A DNA stretch of 64,000 bases, from the NCBI GenBank assembly GCA_025594325.1, contig JANHCV010000001.1:3224001-3288000 (forward strand), read 5' to 3'. This document shows positions 46,490-57,731 of this stretch, in pieces (positions within the stretch are counted from its first letter, which is position 1; every line of letters begins with the position of its first letter). The notes under the pieces are model-generated. The model had not been told where the DNA came from. It worked only from the letters and a program-made list of their open reading frames with translations, and ran no database searches. Position numbers and translations under genes: made by a program. Origin of the DNA: Blastocladiella emersonii ATCC 22665. Its lineage: Eukaryota; Fungi; Blastocladiomycota.

Positions 46490-47002
46490 TCACAGCTCCG
46501 TCTGCATGTACACGACGTCGAGCACCCGCCCAAACTTCTCGCCGACGCCCTCGAACCGCGCCACCTGGCGGAACCCGAGCGCCGCGTGCAGCGCGATGCT
46601 CGCCGCCTGGTCCGCCGTCGCCCCCGCCACCACCACGCGGAGCCCGGGAACCCGCGTCCGCGCGTGGTCGAGCACCGCCGCCATGAGCGCGCGCCCGATC
46701 CCGCGCCGATGGTGCCCCGGCGCGATGTAGATGCTCGAGTCGGCAGTGCGCGCGTACCCCTCGCGCGGGCTGTGCCGCGACAAGGACGCCCACCCGACGA
46801 CGGCAGCGGTCGGGTTGGTGGTGGCGGACTCGGCGACGTAGACGGCGTGCCGGTCCGGGTGCGTCAGCCACGCGAGCCGCGCCGCGTCCGACTCGGGCGT
46901 CAGCTGGAACGTGCACGTTGACGTGTTGACGTAGTGGTTGTAGATGGCGTTGATGGCGGCCACGTCGGCCTCGGTCGCCAGTCGAATCGTCACGTCGGTC
47001 AT
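46490..47002 (-). CDS. GNAT acetyltransferase, phosphinothricin/methionine-sulfoximine acetyltransferase (Pat/YncA-like), intronless
   Basis: IRLATEADVAAINAIYNHYVNTSTCTF, SIYIAPGHHRRGIGRALM, ASIALHAALGF, GEKFGRVLDVVYMQ. Confidence 0.9.
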   Translation of the reverse strand: MTDVTIRLATEADVAAINAIYNHYVNTSTCTFQLTPESDAARLAWLTHPDRHAVYVAESATTNPTAAVVGWASLSRHSPREGYARTADSSIYIAPGHHRRGIGRALMAAVLDHARTRVPGLRVVVAGATADQAASIALHAALGFRQVARFEGVGEKFGRVLDVVYMQTEL

Positions 47003-47186
47003 GGTGCTTTGGCTTCTTCGTGTTGGTGAGGGGAGGAGCGAGGAAAGGTTGAGGTCCGCTGGCTTACTGGTTCATGAACTCTCCGCTCTCATGACTCGGC
47101 GGCCCGTGTGCGTGACACTCTGGAGCGTGACGAGAGCAAACAAAACGGGTGTATTACGATTTATCAAATGGCGACTCGGGCGACGG

Positions 47187-49467
47187 CTACTGCAGGTCCT
47201 CGGGCACCGGCTTGGCGTGCTTGTCGAGGTACTCTGTCCACAGCCGCTCCGACTCGCCCACGCGCTCGTCGAGGACCGCGAGCAGCTGGTCGGCGATGCT
47301 CGACAGCTCCTCGGACCGCTCGGTCGCCGTGCGCGCCGTGGCCTCGGCCGCGACGCGCGCCTGGTCGGCGCACCGCGCCTGGGCCTTGAGCGCCTCGATC
47401 TCGAGCCGGTACGTGTGGTGGCACTTGGCGATCTCGAGGTTGGCCGCGTCGAGCCGCGACTTCGCGTAGTCGCGCACCTCGATGGCGCGCCGCTCCGACT
47501 CGCGCAGGTCCGTGCGCATGTTGGCCATGACCAGCTCCGCGTCCACCAGCTGCGACCGCAGCGTGTCGCGCTCCGCCGTCACGTCCTGCAGCTCGACGCG
47601 GTACCGCATGTACTGGTTGTTGAGCGCCTCGTACTTGGCCGCCGCCGCCTCGTCGCCCGCCTTGCGGTCGCGCCGCTCGCGCAGCAGCTGCGACTCGGTG
47701 TCGAGCCGCTTGTCGCGCTCGCTCAGGATCTCGGCACGCAGCCGCCCGCGCTCCTCGTCCGCCTGCTTCATGGTCTCGTCCGCCGACTGCAGCAGGCCCG
47801 CTACCTCGGCCTGCTCGTGCTCCAGGTCGCGCTTGGCCCGCGACAGCTCCTGGATCCGGCGGTCCCGGTCCGCCAGCTGCTGGGCAAACTATTTGTTGGA
47901 AAGCAACGTAACGGGTCAGCGTGCATTCGTCAGAGTAAGGAAATTCAGTAAAAAGTACCTCGGACATGACCTGGGTGCGGATCTCGCGGCGCAAGGCGTC
48001 CAAATCGACCGTCGGCGCGGTGGATGCAGGAGGGTCGGCGGCAGCGGGTGCAGTAGGTGCGGGGGATGCAGCAGGAGCTGGAGCGGGGGATGCAGCGGTG
48101 GTGGGTGCGAGTGCGATCACAGGGGAGGCAGCAGCAGGTGCAGGACTGGAAGCAGCAGATGCCGGTGCCGAAGCCGCGACCTGCCCCGCGCGCGTCTTCG
48201 GGACTGGCGACGGGGTTGGCTCCCGTTCCCGAACGAGACCAGCGCTCGGCGGCGTAGTCGCGCGGGACGCGGGTGCCGAGACCGAGACGGGCGGGAGCAT
48301 GGCCGCCGGCGCCGCCGTCGCGGGTGCCGGGGAGCTGTTGACGACGACGATCGACGCGGCGCGGCGAGGCGCCGACTGGGGCGCCGGCATCGTGGTGGAC
48401 GTGGTCGTCGTCATGGAAGCCGCGGTAGTGGAAGGCGCGACGAAAGCGCCCGCGGGCGTCGTCATGGCCGGTGCCGGTGACGGGGCCGAGAAGGAGGCAT
48501 TGGGCGGGGTCGGGGTGACTTGGCTCGACGACATGAACATGAGCGGCGACGTGAAGGTCGGCATGGACGCGGCGGGCGTCAGGCTGAGGGAGATCGGGTG
48601 CGCCACGGGCGACGACTCGGGCACGGCGATGGTGAGCGGCTTGCGGCCGAGCGAGGTCGAGGCGACGCTGCGCGGGGTCACGGTGACCGAGGTCGGGTTG
48701 GCGGGGGTCGAAGCGACGGGATGCGGCGCGGCCGGTGTGGTGGCGGGCGCGGGCGTCGGGGCCGCGGACACGACCGACGGCTCGGACGCAGACGCGCGGG
48801 ACGGCGTGGGCGCGGGGAGCGTGGTGACGGGCACGGCAGGACTCGGCGTCGCCGCGGTCGACGCGGCAGGCGTGGCGCGTGGGGGATCGACGACCATGGG
48901 GTCGGCCGCGGCGTCGGGCGTCTCGATCAGGGCGAGCTGCGACGACGGCTCCTCCATATCGGCGATCGTCACGTCCATGGCGTCGTCGCCGGCGGGGAAG
49001 TCGAGCGTGTCGTCGCCCTCGCCGTCGGGCTCGCCACCGTCAACTGCCTCGGGCGCAGCTGCAGCGTGCTCGGGCGTGTACAGGAGGAGCGACGACGTGA
49101 GCTCCTGCGTGACCGGCACTTCCGCTGCGGCAGGGGAGGCAGCCGTGGCGGGCGCGGGTGCAGGCGCAGGCGCAGGCGAGGCCTCGGGGCGCGCGGGCGA
49201 CATGGTGAGGCTGATCTTGGGCGACCCGTCGGTGCTGGTCGACCCGAGCGAGAAGCGCTTGCGCGGCGTCGGCGCGCTCGGTGCCGTGAGCCGGTGCGGC
49301 GCGTGGTCGGCGTCCTCGGCTGGGCGCTTGCGGCCGGCGACGGATCCGGGCGTGGACGCCGTGGCCGTGGTCGACGTCATCGTGGACGACGGAGCCGCAT
49401 TCTCGTCGGCGCTCGGAGCCGCGGGATCGGGCCGGGCAGGGTTCACGGCCGTCGGTGCAGAGTCCAT
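47187..49467 (-). CDS. Hypothetical protein with a long Pro/Ala/Ser/Thr-rich N-terminus and a C-terminal coiled coil, multi-exon
   Basis: ORF from MDSAPTAVNP with GC3 bias, basic GRKRPAED (possible NLS); heptad-rich 3' exon 47187-47771. Confidence 0.6.
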
Positions 49468-49761
49468 GGTGTTGGTCGGTCGTGGAGATCGGATCAAGAG
49501 CGAGGAAGAGGAGAGCGGACGGACGGGTCGCTCGCCCGTCGCGCCGTCGTGTGAAGGCGCGAAGCTGGGCACGTGCGCGTCACGCGAATGATCGGCGCGT
49601 CATTTTCGCTGTGGCTTAGGTGGTCGCGGTTGCTCGCCCGCATCGCAGACGCCGAAGCAGCCCGTCAGTCAGTTCCCCTCACTTTTGGGGCGCTGCACTA
49701 CTTGAACGGCCTCGCCCGGTCCCTCCTCCCGCAATGAATTCACCATGCACACGCATTTCGC

Positions 49762-50439
49762 ATGAATCAAACGCCGCCGCTCTCATCGTTCCCTCCGCTC
49801 CTGCCGCGCTCCACCGTCGCCGTGCCGCTGAGCCAAATTTTGCTCGCGTCGCCGCGGCCATGGCACACGCTGGCCAAGGTGCTCGCGCGCCACCGCGGCC
49901 TGCAGGCGCAGCTGGCCGCCGTCGCCGTGTTCGCGGCCGTCGGCCTTGCCGTGCTGGTGCAGTGCCACCGCCTGCAGCGCAACACCACCGACCTCGACAA
50001 GCGCCGGTACCAAATCATGTGGGCCGCGCGCTCGCTCTACACGCTGTTCGCCGCCGCCTGGCTCGTCTACAGCTTCGTGCGCCCGGGGTGGCTCGGGACC
50101 ATGCTGCTCATGCGTGCCTTCTTCTTCTGCCTCGGCCGCGTCGTCGTCACGGTTCACCCGGACCTAGGCGACGACGAGGACCGGAGTGCGGTCCGCGCGC
50201 GGAACCAGGCGCTCGCGAACGGCGGCCGCAACGGCCGTGGCCGCGCTATCGTCATCGTGGCCCGCCGCGGGAACATGGAGCGCACGCCGCTCTTCACCCG
50301 CCTTCGTCGCACCGCGTCGGGCTCGCTCCTTGCAAGCAATCCTCCCGAGACTTTCTTGGTCATGCGCACCGGCCGCGTCGCCTCGTCCGAGAACCTCGCT
50401 GCACCCGTCCCGCCCGTCGCGGCGGCGGGCGTGCAGTGA
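49762..50439 (+). CDS. Hypothetical small multi-pass membrane protein
   Basis: 225-aa ORF with three hydrophobic segments (LAAVAVFAAVGLAVLV; SLYTLFAAAWLVYSFV; WLGTMLLMRAFFFCLG). Confidence 0.55.
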   Translation: MNQTPPLSSFPPLLPRSTVAVPLSQILLASPRPWHTLAKVLARHRGLQAQLAAVAVFAAVGLAVLVQCHRLQRNTTDLDKRRYQIMWAARSLYTLFAAAWLVYSFVRPGWLGTMLLMRAFFFCLGRVVVTVHPDLGDDEDRSAVRARNQALANGGRNGRGRAIVIVARRGNMERTPLFTRLRRTASGSLLASNPPETFLVMRTGRVASSENLAAPVPPVAAAGVQ

Positions 50440-50545
50440 GCGACCCTACCGCGCACGCAGTTTTGATACCCCTCCCCAGCGTGCCATGTAATATATGTGC
50501 AAAAACCGTTCTTGTAGTCATGTGTATGTCCGTTCCCCGTCATCT

Positions 50546-52568
50546 CTACCGGGTCGTGCGCTTGGGACCCGCCGCGTTGCTCTCGATCTCGATGCGTTGG
50601 ATCGTCTCGAGCGCCTGCGCCACCTCGGCCTCGTCGAGATGCAGCGTCGTGCGCGTCCCCGCTGCTCCCGGCCCGCTGCCCGTCGTGCGCGTCGCCACGG
50701 ACCCCGCCGGCGTCGTCGGGACCGACGTGGCCGTGGACCGGATGCTGCCCGCCGCGCTGCTGCTGCCCGGCCCCGCGCGCCCGCCCTGCAGCATCGTCGC
50801 GCTCGGCAGCGGGCCGAGATTGTGCACACCGAACGGCAGCTTGGCGTTACCCTCGGCCGGCGGCGCCGTCGACAGCGGGCGCGCCTCGGCAAGCATCGAC
50901 TTGAGCACACCCGTCTCGACAATGCACGCGACGGGCACGAACCCCTCGCACCCCTTGCCGTCAACGGCCAGCGCCCACCCGTCCGAGTACACCTTGTGGA
51001 CGAGCAGGGTGTCGCCCGGGTACACGGTCAGCTCGTCGGCGTTCTGCACGTGGAACCGCGCCACGACCAGCATCGGCACCGGGTCCTCGAACAGCGAGCT
51101 TAGGTCGCTGCGCGCCGTCGACGACCGCGTCAGCGTGCTCACGCTGCGCCCGCTGATGGTCCGCGGCGTCGACGGGAACAGCGAGTGCAGCGTCACGGGC
51201 GTCGTGGACGACGTCGGCGTGGTCGTGCGCCGCGACTTGGCGTCGGCCGACGCGGACAGCGAGCTGCCCGTCTGCAGTGCGAGGCTCATCAGCGACGACG
51301 GACCGAGCAGAGAGCCCACCGTCTCGCGGCGCGAGCCGGATCCCGACACGGAGCTGCGATTCGACGAGAGCGACGACCGCCGCGACGGCACGTCGCGCAC
51401 CGTACCCGTGCTGTCGATGTCGATCCCCATCCCGAGCCCTTGCGAGACGGCCGGGTCGAGGTGCAGTGTCGGCGCTGGCGGCGAAGCGGGTGTCGCGGGT
51501 CCGCGCCCGCGCGACGTCGATGTCCGTGGAGAATCTTGCGACCTTGACCCCGGCGTCACGGGCGAGTACAGGTCCCCGGCCGCCGCGGCCTCGTCGGCCA
51601 CGTCGTTGCTGAGCCGGCGCCGCGAGTAGCCCTTGCCCGCGCTGCGCCGCCGCCGCATCCACCACCACGCGGTCGCGGCGGCGCAGATCAGGACCAGACC
51701 GCCCACGGAGCCGAGGATCGCGGCGAGCGTGCCCGAGTTCATCCCGGTCGCGCCGGCTTCGCCGAGACCATTGGCCGACACGGCGGTCGCGGTGGCGGCA
51801 CTCGTAGGTCGCGCAGCGATGGTCGACGTCGCGGTCGGGCACGGGAACTTGGCCTTGTCGGCAGCCGCGCACTTGCAGCCGATGGTCGCGGGACGCGCGA
51901 AGCCTACGCGGCGAGCTCGATGGGTCAGCGCCGTTCAAACTCGCGCCACGGCTGAACGAACGAACGAACGCACCACACGTCGCCGCCTCGACTTTGCTCG
52001 CGTCGATGCACGCGGTCGCGTTGGACGACGCGGCGCCGCACGCGTTCCTGATCCACTCGACGCCGTCGCCCGCGCACTTGGCGCCGGTCACGCTCGCGAG
52101 GTACGTGTTGCACGAGGACTTGCAGATGTTGGCGGGAAGCGTCGCGGGCAGGAACCCGGACGGCAGCGGCGGCTTCGCCGAGCTGCACCGCGCGTAGCTG
52201 AACCCAAGCACCTGCGAGCACCAGAAGGTGGCCGCATACTGCGCGTCCCACGCCGCGGCCGACGCGGGGCACGACCCAGCCTTGGCGAGCGCCGCCGACA
52301 CGAAGCGCTCTGACGTGAGCGTCTCAATGGCCCGGTCAAAGTCGGCGAGATCGTCCACGGACGTCGAGTTGGACACGCCGAAGCCCTTGAGAACGGTGCT
52401 AGACGCGGCGAGGCATAGCTGTAGTCGTCAGGCTGCGCGCCTTGTGCAGGATGCTGGCGGTGGCGGACACGCAACGCACCCGTCGACCACGAACGAGTTC
52501 CCCCACGCGCCGCACAGTCGCGACGCCGTCGTGAAGCGGTAGCACTCGGGCTGCCCGGCGGGATCCAT
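50546..52568 (-). CDS. Single-pass membrane protein with a Cys-rich ectodomain and a cytoplasmic SH3 domain, multi-exon
   Basis: Cys-rich N-terminal region (CYRFTTASRLCGAW, FWCSQVL, CKSSCNTY); TM LAAILGSVGGLVLICAAATAWWW then RRRR; SH3-like ARFHVQNADELTVYPGDTLLVHKVYSDGWAL...EGFVPVACI; intron 51904-51973. The exact start is uncertain. Confidence 0.8.
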
Positions 52569-52586
52569 TAGAGTATCAGGTGCAGA

Positions 52587-52610
52587 GTTTCTAAGTTTCT
52601 AAGTTTCTAG
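52587..52610 (+). repeat. 8-bp tandem repeat, 3 copies, upstream of the SH3 gene
   Basis: gtttctaa gtttctaa gtttctag. Confidence 0.8.
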
Positions 52611-54177
52611 CCTGCGGGAGAGAGAGGAAGCCGCGCGAGCGGGCCGGCCGTGAGGTTGAGGTGATCAAGTTGTGATGGCAGGGGCGCGCGGAACCACTCG
52701 ATCGTGCTGCAGCGGATCACGGGCACACGCGGCGCAACGATCGCCCGGCTATGGTGGGCAAGAGTCTATCAGCAGTTGAGCGACGACGGGGCGAGCGCTC
52801 GAAGAGAGAGAGAACCGAGGCAGCAGACCGTGGGTGGCGCTGCCGCGAGTGTGCGGTTGACCGCGGGGAAGGAAGCTCCATGGCCACCACCCACCACGAC
52901 GGCCAAATATAGCCACAACCTAACGCCTGTCGTTCGCACGCGTGGGTGGCGTAGTCGCCGCCGCCGCGTGCTCGGTGACCACGCTTCAGTCAGGGGTTCT
53001 GCTTCAGTGGTGCCGAGGCAAGTCCCTTGTTCGCTGGCGTTGCTGTTGCAGCCTCACACTTGAGTCCAAACGCGGAGTACCACCTCAGGACGACGCAATA
53101 CAGTCTCGCTACGAGGGGGAATGATAGGCTCGCAAGGTGTGGGGATGCGAGGCGTGGCCGAAGCCAATCGTTGTGGCCATGCGGAACCGGGTCAGCTTCG
53201 GTGCTCCATGAATCTTCAGCTAGCAAGTCGGCGAGGAAAGCGCTTCGGGAGCCGGCGATGGCCGCGACGAAGCTGAGGAGAGAGGTGCGCAACTCGGGCC
53301 GCGTCGTCGCTGTTCCTGAGCAAAGATCACGTCGACGCACGATGATGAGCAAGGAGGGGAAGCGAGTATATGTGACGTGAGCACCATTGACGGTCTTGCA
53401 ACGTGATCGTCTCGTCTTCCGGCCAGGAATCGCGGGAAGGGCGACGCCGATGAGCTCAACCCAGCCGCTACTGTACACGAGCGGAGCACGCGGCGAGTTG
53501 AGTGCTCGTGGACCACGCGGAACCAGACGCACGCACCGCGGTGACGGACGTTGAAGGTTTGGCTACAGGATGACGAGCACGCTCGTGTTGGAGAACCGGC
53601 CCAGCGCTTACGGTCCGCGCTTGTGGTCACAGGGGTCGCCGAGTTCAGGAGACACGCGATCAGCACGGTAATTCTCTCCCATCATGACCACGCACGCCGC
53701 GAAGATCGAGAAGTCCGGGACTGAGGCGATCGCGCTCACGATCAAGTCGACTTCGGTCAACGCGCGGCCGACCCTCCAAGCGCTGCCCAGGCCGACGGAC
53801 GAGAAGCAGGGCAGCTTCATGGAGTCGATGCATCGAGTTCAGCGAGTGTTAGACGTCAAAGTTGCATAAGATCCATGGGACACTGAGAGTGGGAGGTGGC
53901 GGTGGGGCGAGCTTGGAAGGGCCGCCGCGAGCGAGCGGGAACACGACACCGCCACCTCGTGTCGTCACGCTGTGGCGCGGCGCGTCCGCTTCGGAAGCCG
54001 TGCGTTGTGCGATAGTCTAGAAGTCTTCTCTGAGCGCGATATGTACTCATCGAATGATGTCACGGCCATGGATCTCGCGAGCATTTGACAGCTGCAGAAA
54101 GAGTGCATAGTGTATTCGTTCGCACGAGTCGGACCCGGGTGGCGCCCGCGGGCGGTCACCGGGAGGAGGAGGGCAAG

Positions 54178-56269
54178 CTAATCATCATCAAAGGTAACAC
54201 ACTCGGTCGTCGGGATGAACTCGTACCCGTCGGGATAGCCCATGTTGACCACGGTCATGGAGAAGTGCTCCATGAGATGTGCCGCGGCCATGGGGTGCGC
54301 GGTGCGGTAGTCGAGCGTGATCGCGACGACCCGCGCCTTGGGGAGCCGCCGCTTCAGCGCAAACACAAAGCGCCCGCCGATCTCAGCCGTGCGCATGTCG
54401 AGGTGGGTCAGCGTCGCGGGCAGCTGGAACGCCAGCACGTCCGCGTGGAACATCTTGAGCCCGCAGCCGCTGAGTGCGAGCACCTCGAGCGTGGGCGGGA
54501 ACCGCTGTGCGAGCGCCTCGGCCGGGGCAGCTCGGTCCGCGCTGAGCGGGCACTCAGTCAGGTCGAGCTGCTTGAGCGAGGCAGGCAGCGACGAGCAGCT
54601 TGGTGAGCCCCGGAGCCGACGGTGGCGGGATGACGCGCTTCGGCGCTGCGGGGACCTTGGGGCGGATGAGCGCGTCCTGGGGGTTGCGCGGGCGGGGAGT
54701 TTGCGGGGCGGGAATAGGCGGAAGGGGGCACAGTCGCCCGAGGCGAAGCATGCGAACCCGCGTTGGCTGGGATTTCGGAGCGGGGACGTTGAGGTTGGCC
54801 ATGTCAAGGATCTCGAGGTTTGGCGGAAGCGACTCGGCGAGCAGAGCGAGCCCAGCTTGGTCAATGGTGACGCCTCGGAGACGGAGAGCACGAAGCGAGG
54901 CGGGAAACGTCAGGGCGACCGGGAAAGCCGCTGGTGCAGGCGCAGATCCAGACGCAGATGAGAGGGAGGCCGAAGCCATAGTCAAGGTCAAGGCCATCAG
55001 CTCGGGTGGTGAAGAAGCAGCACCAGCGGCCTTAGACGGCGCGGTACCGACGAGGAACTTGAGGTCCGGCAGGTCGAGCGAGTGCAGGCCGGGTGCAAAG
55101 TAGGGCGAGTAGGTCGCGAGACGCTTGCGCGAGAGACCAATGTCGAGAAGCGTCAGCGTGCGCAAGTTCGGGAGCGCGCGCAGTAGCAAGATCATGGCCG
55201 GATCTTGGACGGGACACCCGACGAGTGCGAGGGAAGTCAGGGTCGGCGGCAAGGTTGGGACGAGTGCGGACACCGTGGCCACGAACAGCTTCATCCGCGC
55301 CAGCGTGAGCGAGTCCAAGCGGGCGGGCCACTGCACGGACACGGACATGGGCCCGACAGCGGCAGTCGTCGTCGGGACGGGGTGCACCCACCGACTCGCC
55401 AGCGTAAAGGACGTGACCGAGTTGGGAAGCTGCATCGCAAGGAGGCGCGGGAGATCGACAGTGCAGTCTTCCAAAGTAGCCGACGTGAGCGCCTGCGCCG
55501 GGCTCGCCATGGCGCGGTTGAGGAGCTGGATGCCGGCGAGCGAGACGGCCTCGCTTGCGAGATGGAGCGCGGTGACGGCGCCCGACGCGATGCCTGGACA
55601 CACGGCAATGACGGCCGCGTCCGCTGCAACGGTCGAAGCGGGGTCAAGCTAGTAGTAGGAGTAAACCGTTAGCGCAGAAACGAGGGCGAGTGGGTGTGGG
55701 CCCAAGGCGCCGCAAGGCGCCCTGCGTTTGCGTACCGACTTTGGACCAGGCACACCACTCGAGACCGGTCCAGCCAAACTTGTTGACGACGAAGGCGAAG
55801 CGAAAGTTGGTGCTGATACTGGCAAAGATGGTTGAGACAGCGGCGGCAGCGGGAGCGACACCGAACGGCGCTCCTTGATCCCGAGCGCGGCGCGCGAACA
55901 GGCTGGCCAGGTCCCGCTCCACTTGGTCGGCACCACGGCGGGCACCACAGGCAAGCCGCGCCAAAGCTCGACGGTCGTGAGGTGGCGGCCCTTCATAGCG
56001 CGATTTAGCGCGCCGAACGGGCAGGCGACGGGCGCCGAGAACTCGGCGCGCTTGCTGAGGGCGGCAAGGTGGCCGCGGGCAGTCGCCCTGGCAAAGCTCA
56101 GGCCCGGCGCGCGCTTGAAGATGGCGCGCACCACGCGCGGGATGTGGTGCTCGGGCATCACGCGCGCGTAGTGGGCCATGCCCCTGTAGTCGCTTGGGTC
56201 ATGGAGAAGTACGGCGCGAACGAGGATCTCCTCGACGACGAGCGACACGTTGAGTTTTGGTGACGACAT
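54178..56269 (-). CDS. Third, diverged paralog of the palindrome 2 LRR gene (has an intron or frameshift near 54590-54760)
   Basis: VVEEILVRAVLLHDPSDYRGMAHYARVMPEHHIPRVVRAIF and CPGIASGAVTALHL...DLPRLL align with the 33.4-kb gene; the C-terminal LRRs are in a different frame (54178-54891). Confidence 0.65.
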
Positions 56270-57115
56270 GGTGCCCGGCGGCGGTGGGCGATTCATGAGT
56301 TGCATGCGAGGCAAAGTGCGAGGAGTGAACGAATGCTGCTGTTTGCGACGGGTAAGAGCTCGCGAGACTGTCCGATTGTAGACACGGCCGCGCCCGGCGA
56401 CTGGGACGGGCACGACCGCGACGGGCGCCGCCGCGACACCCGATTCCGGGAGCGAAAACGCGTCGACGCGTCTCGCACGTGATGGCTGACTGTCTCGCAG
56501 CGTGCGAGCGCGCGCGATACGGGTCGCGAGCAAACGCGGCACGCCTCCGCATGCCCATCACCCCGTCAATCAACGCCGTCGGGCGAGTCACGAACCTGGG
56601 CATGTATATTGGGTCAACAGCGGCAACAACACCCGAGTTCATCGTCTCCGCTCCAGCGTAGAGCAGCACGGGCGGGGCCATCGCGACGACCTCGCCGCCA
56701 AGCTCGATCAGGCAAAGGACGACGGGCGAAACGCCGGCCTTGAGGCGCGCGGCGGCCGAGTCATCGCTTCTATCGTTGCTCGGGTACGGCCGCTCGAGTC
56801 GCTGGCGCAGATGTTGCGCGAGTAGGCCACGCACCAAGCATGCCGAGCGAGCTCCGTGGTGAAGAGGTCGAGACGCTGGAGCGCACGCGAGAGCCGTGGA
56901 AGCAGGTTGCTGGACGCGTTGTCGCGTGAGGGGCAGAAGCAGGTCGCTGGGCGCGTCGTCGCGTGCGAGACGGCAACCGCCAAGCGTGATCTCCTCAAGC
57001 ACCAGCCAAAGTCGCGCAGCACACTTGCACACGAAGCCGGAGCTGAGCCAGTACCCGCTGCAGCTGAGACTGAGGCACTCGAGCGAGCTGAGGAGGAAGT
57101 ATCCCGCGCTCGCGC

Positions 57116-57694
57116 ATGGGCTCCAGGTTCTGGTCTAGGTACCAGAAAAAGGAGCTCACCGGGTCTAACGGCGCCGACGCGCACCACCACCTCGAGGGCA
57201 TTGTGCAGTTCAAGGTGCGTGCGGGGCAGACGGCGTTCCTCCCGCCCGGCCTGCTCCACGCCGTGTACACGCCCAACGATTCGTTTGTCATTGCGGGCAA
57301 CTTTCTCACGTTCGCCGCCGCCGGCATGCACCTGGACGTGGTGGAGCTCGAGCAAGCCGTGAACAACGCGGCGGCCATCACGTTGCCAGCGTTCCCCGCC
57401 GCCGTCGTTGCTGCGGTCCTGCGTGCCGACGTGACCAAGCTTACTGCCGCCGAGGCTGCTGGCCGTGAACGCCTTGCCTCGTGGTGCCTTGACTGGATTC
57501 TCGCCCACCTCAAAAAGGCGGTGTGCAAGGTCGCGAAGCTGCTTCTTCTTGGCGGCAGTGGCGAGTCTGGTCGCAGCAACAAGAAACGGAACAGCCCGCG
57601 CCGCCGCGATGAGACTGCGAGCGCCACGGAAGCCGCGCGCAAGCGGGAGCGGGTCGTTCGCGCTGTGGCCGACTTTGTGGACGCTTCTTTGTAA
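57116..57694 (+). pseudogene. C-terminal half of a JmjC domain (JHDM1/KDM2-like), truncated
   Basis: VRAGQTAFLPPGLLHAVYTPNDSFVIAGNFL matches the KDM2/Jhd1 GxTxFIPSGWIHAVYTPxDSxVFGGNFL motif; no upstream HxD in frame (TGA at 57089). Confidence 0.6.
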
Positions 57695-57709
57695 CGCATC
57701 GTGGAACCG

Positions 57710-57731
57710 TATATATATATATATATATATA
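57710..57731. repeat. (TA)11 microsatellite
   Basis: Directly visible just after the JmjC fragment stop. Confidence 0.95.

Noticed and set aside
52700-54100. Short ORFs in the lower-GC interval (also 57750-59050)
   Set aside because: No codon bias or recognisable motifs; treated as intergenic or decayed sequence
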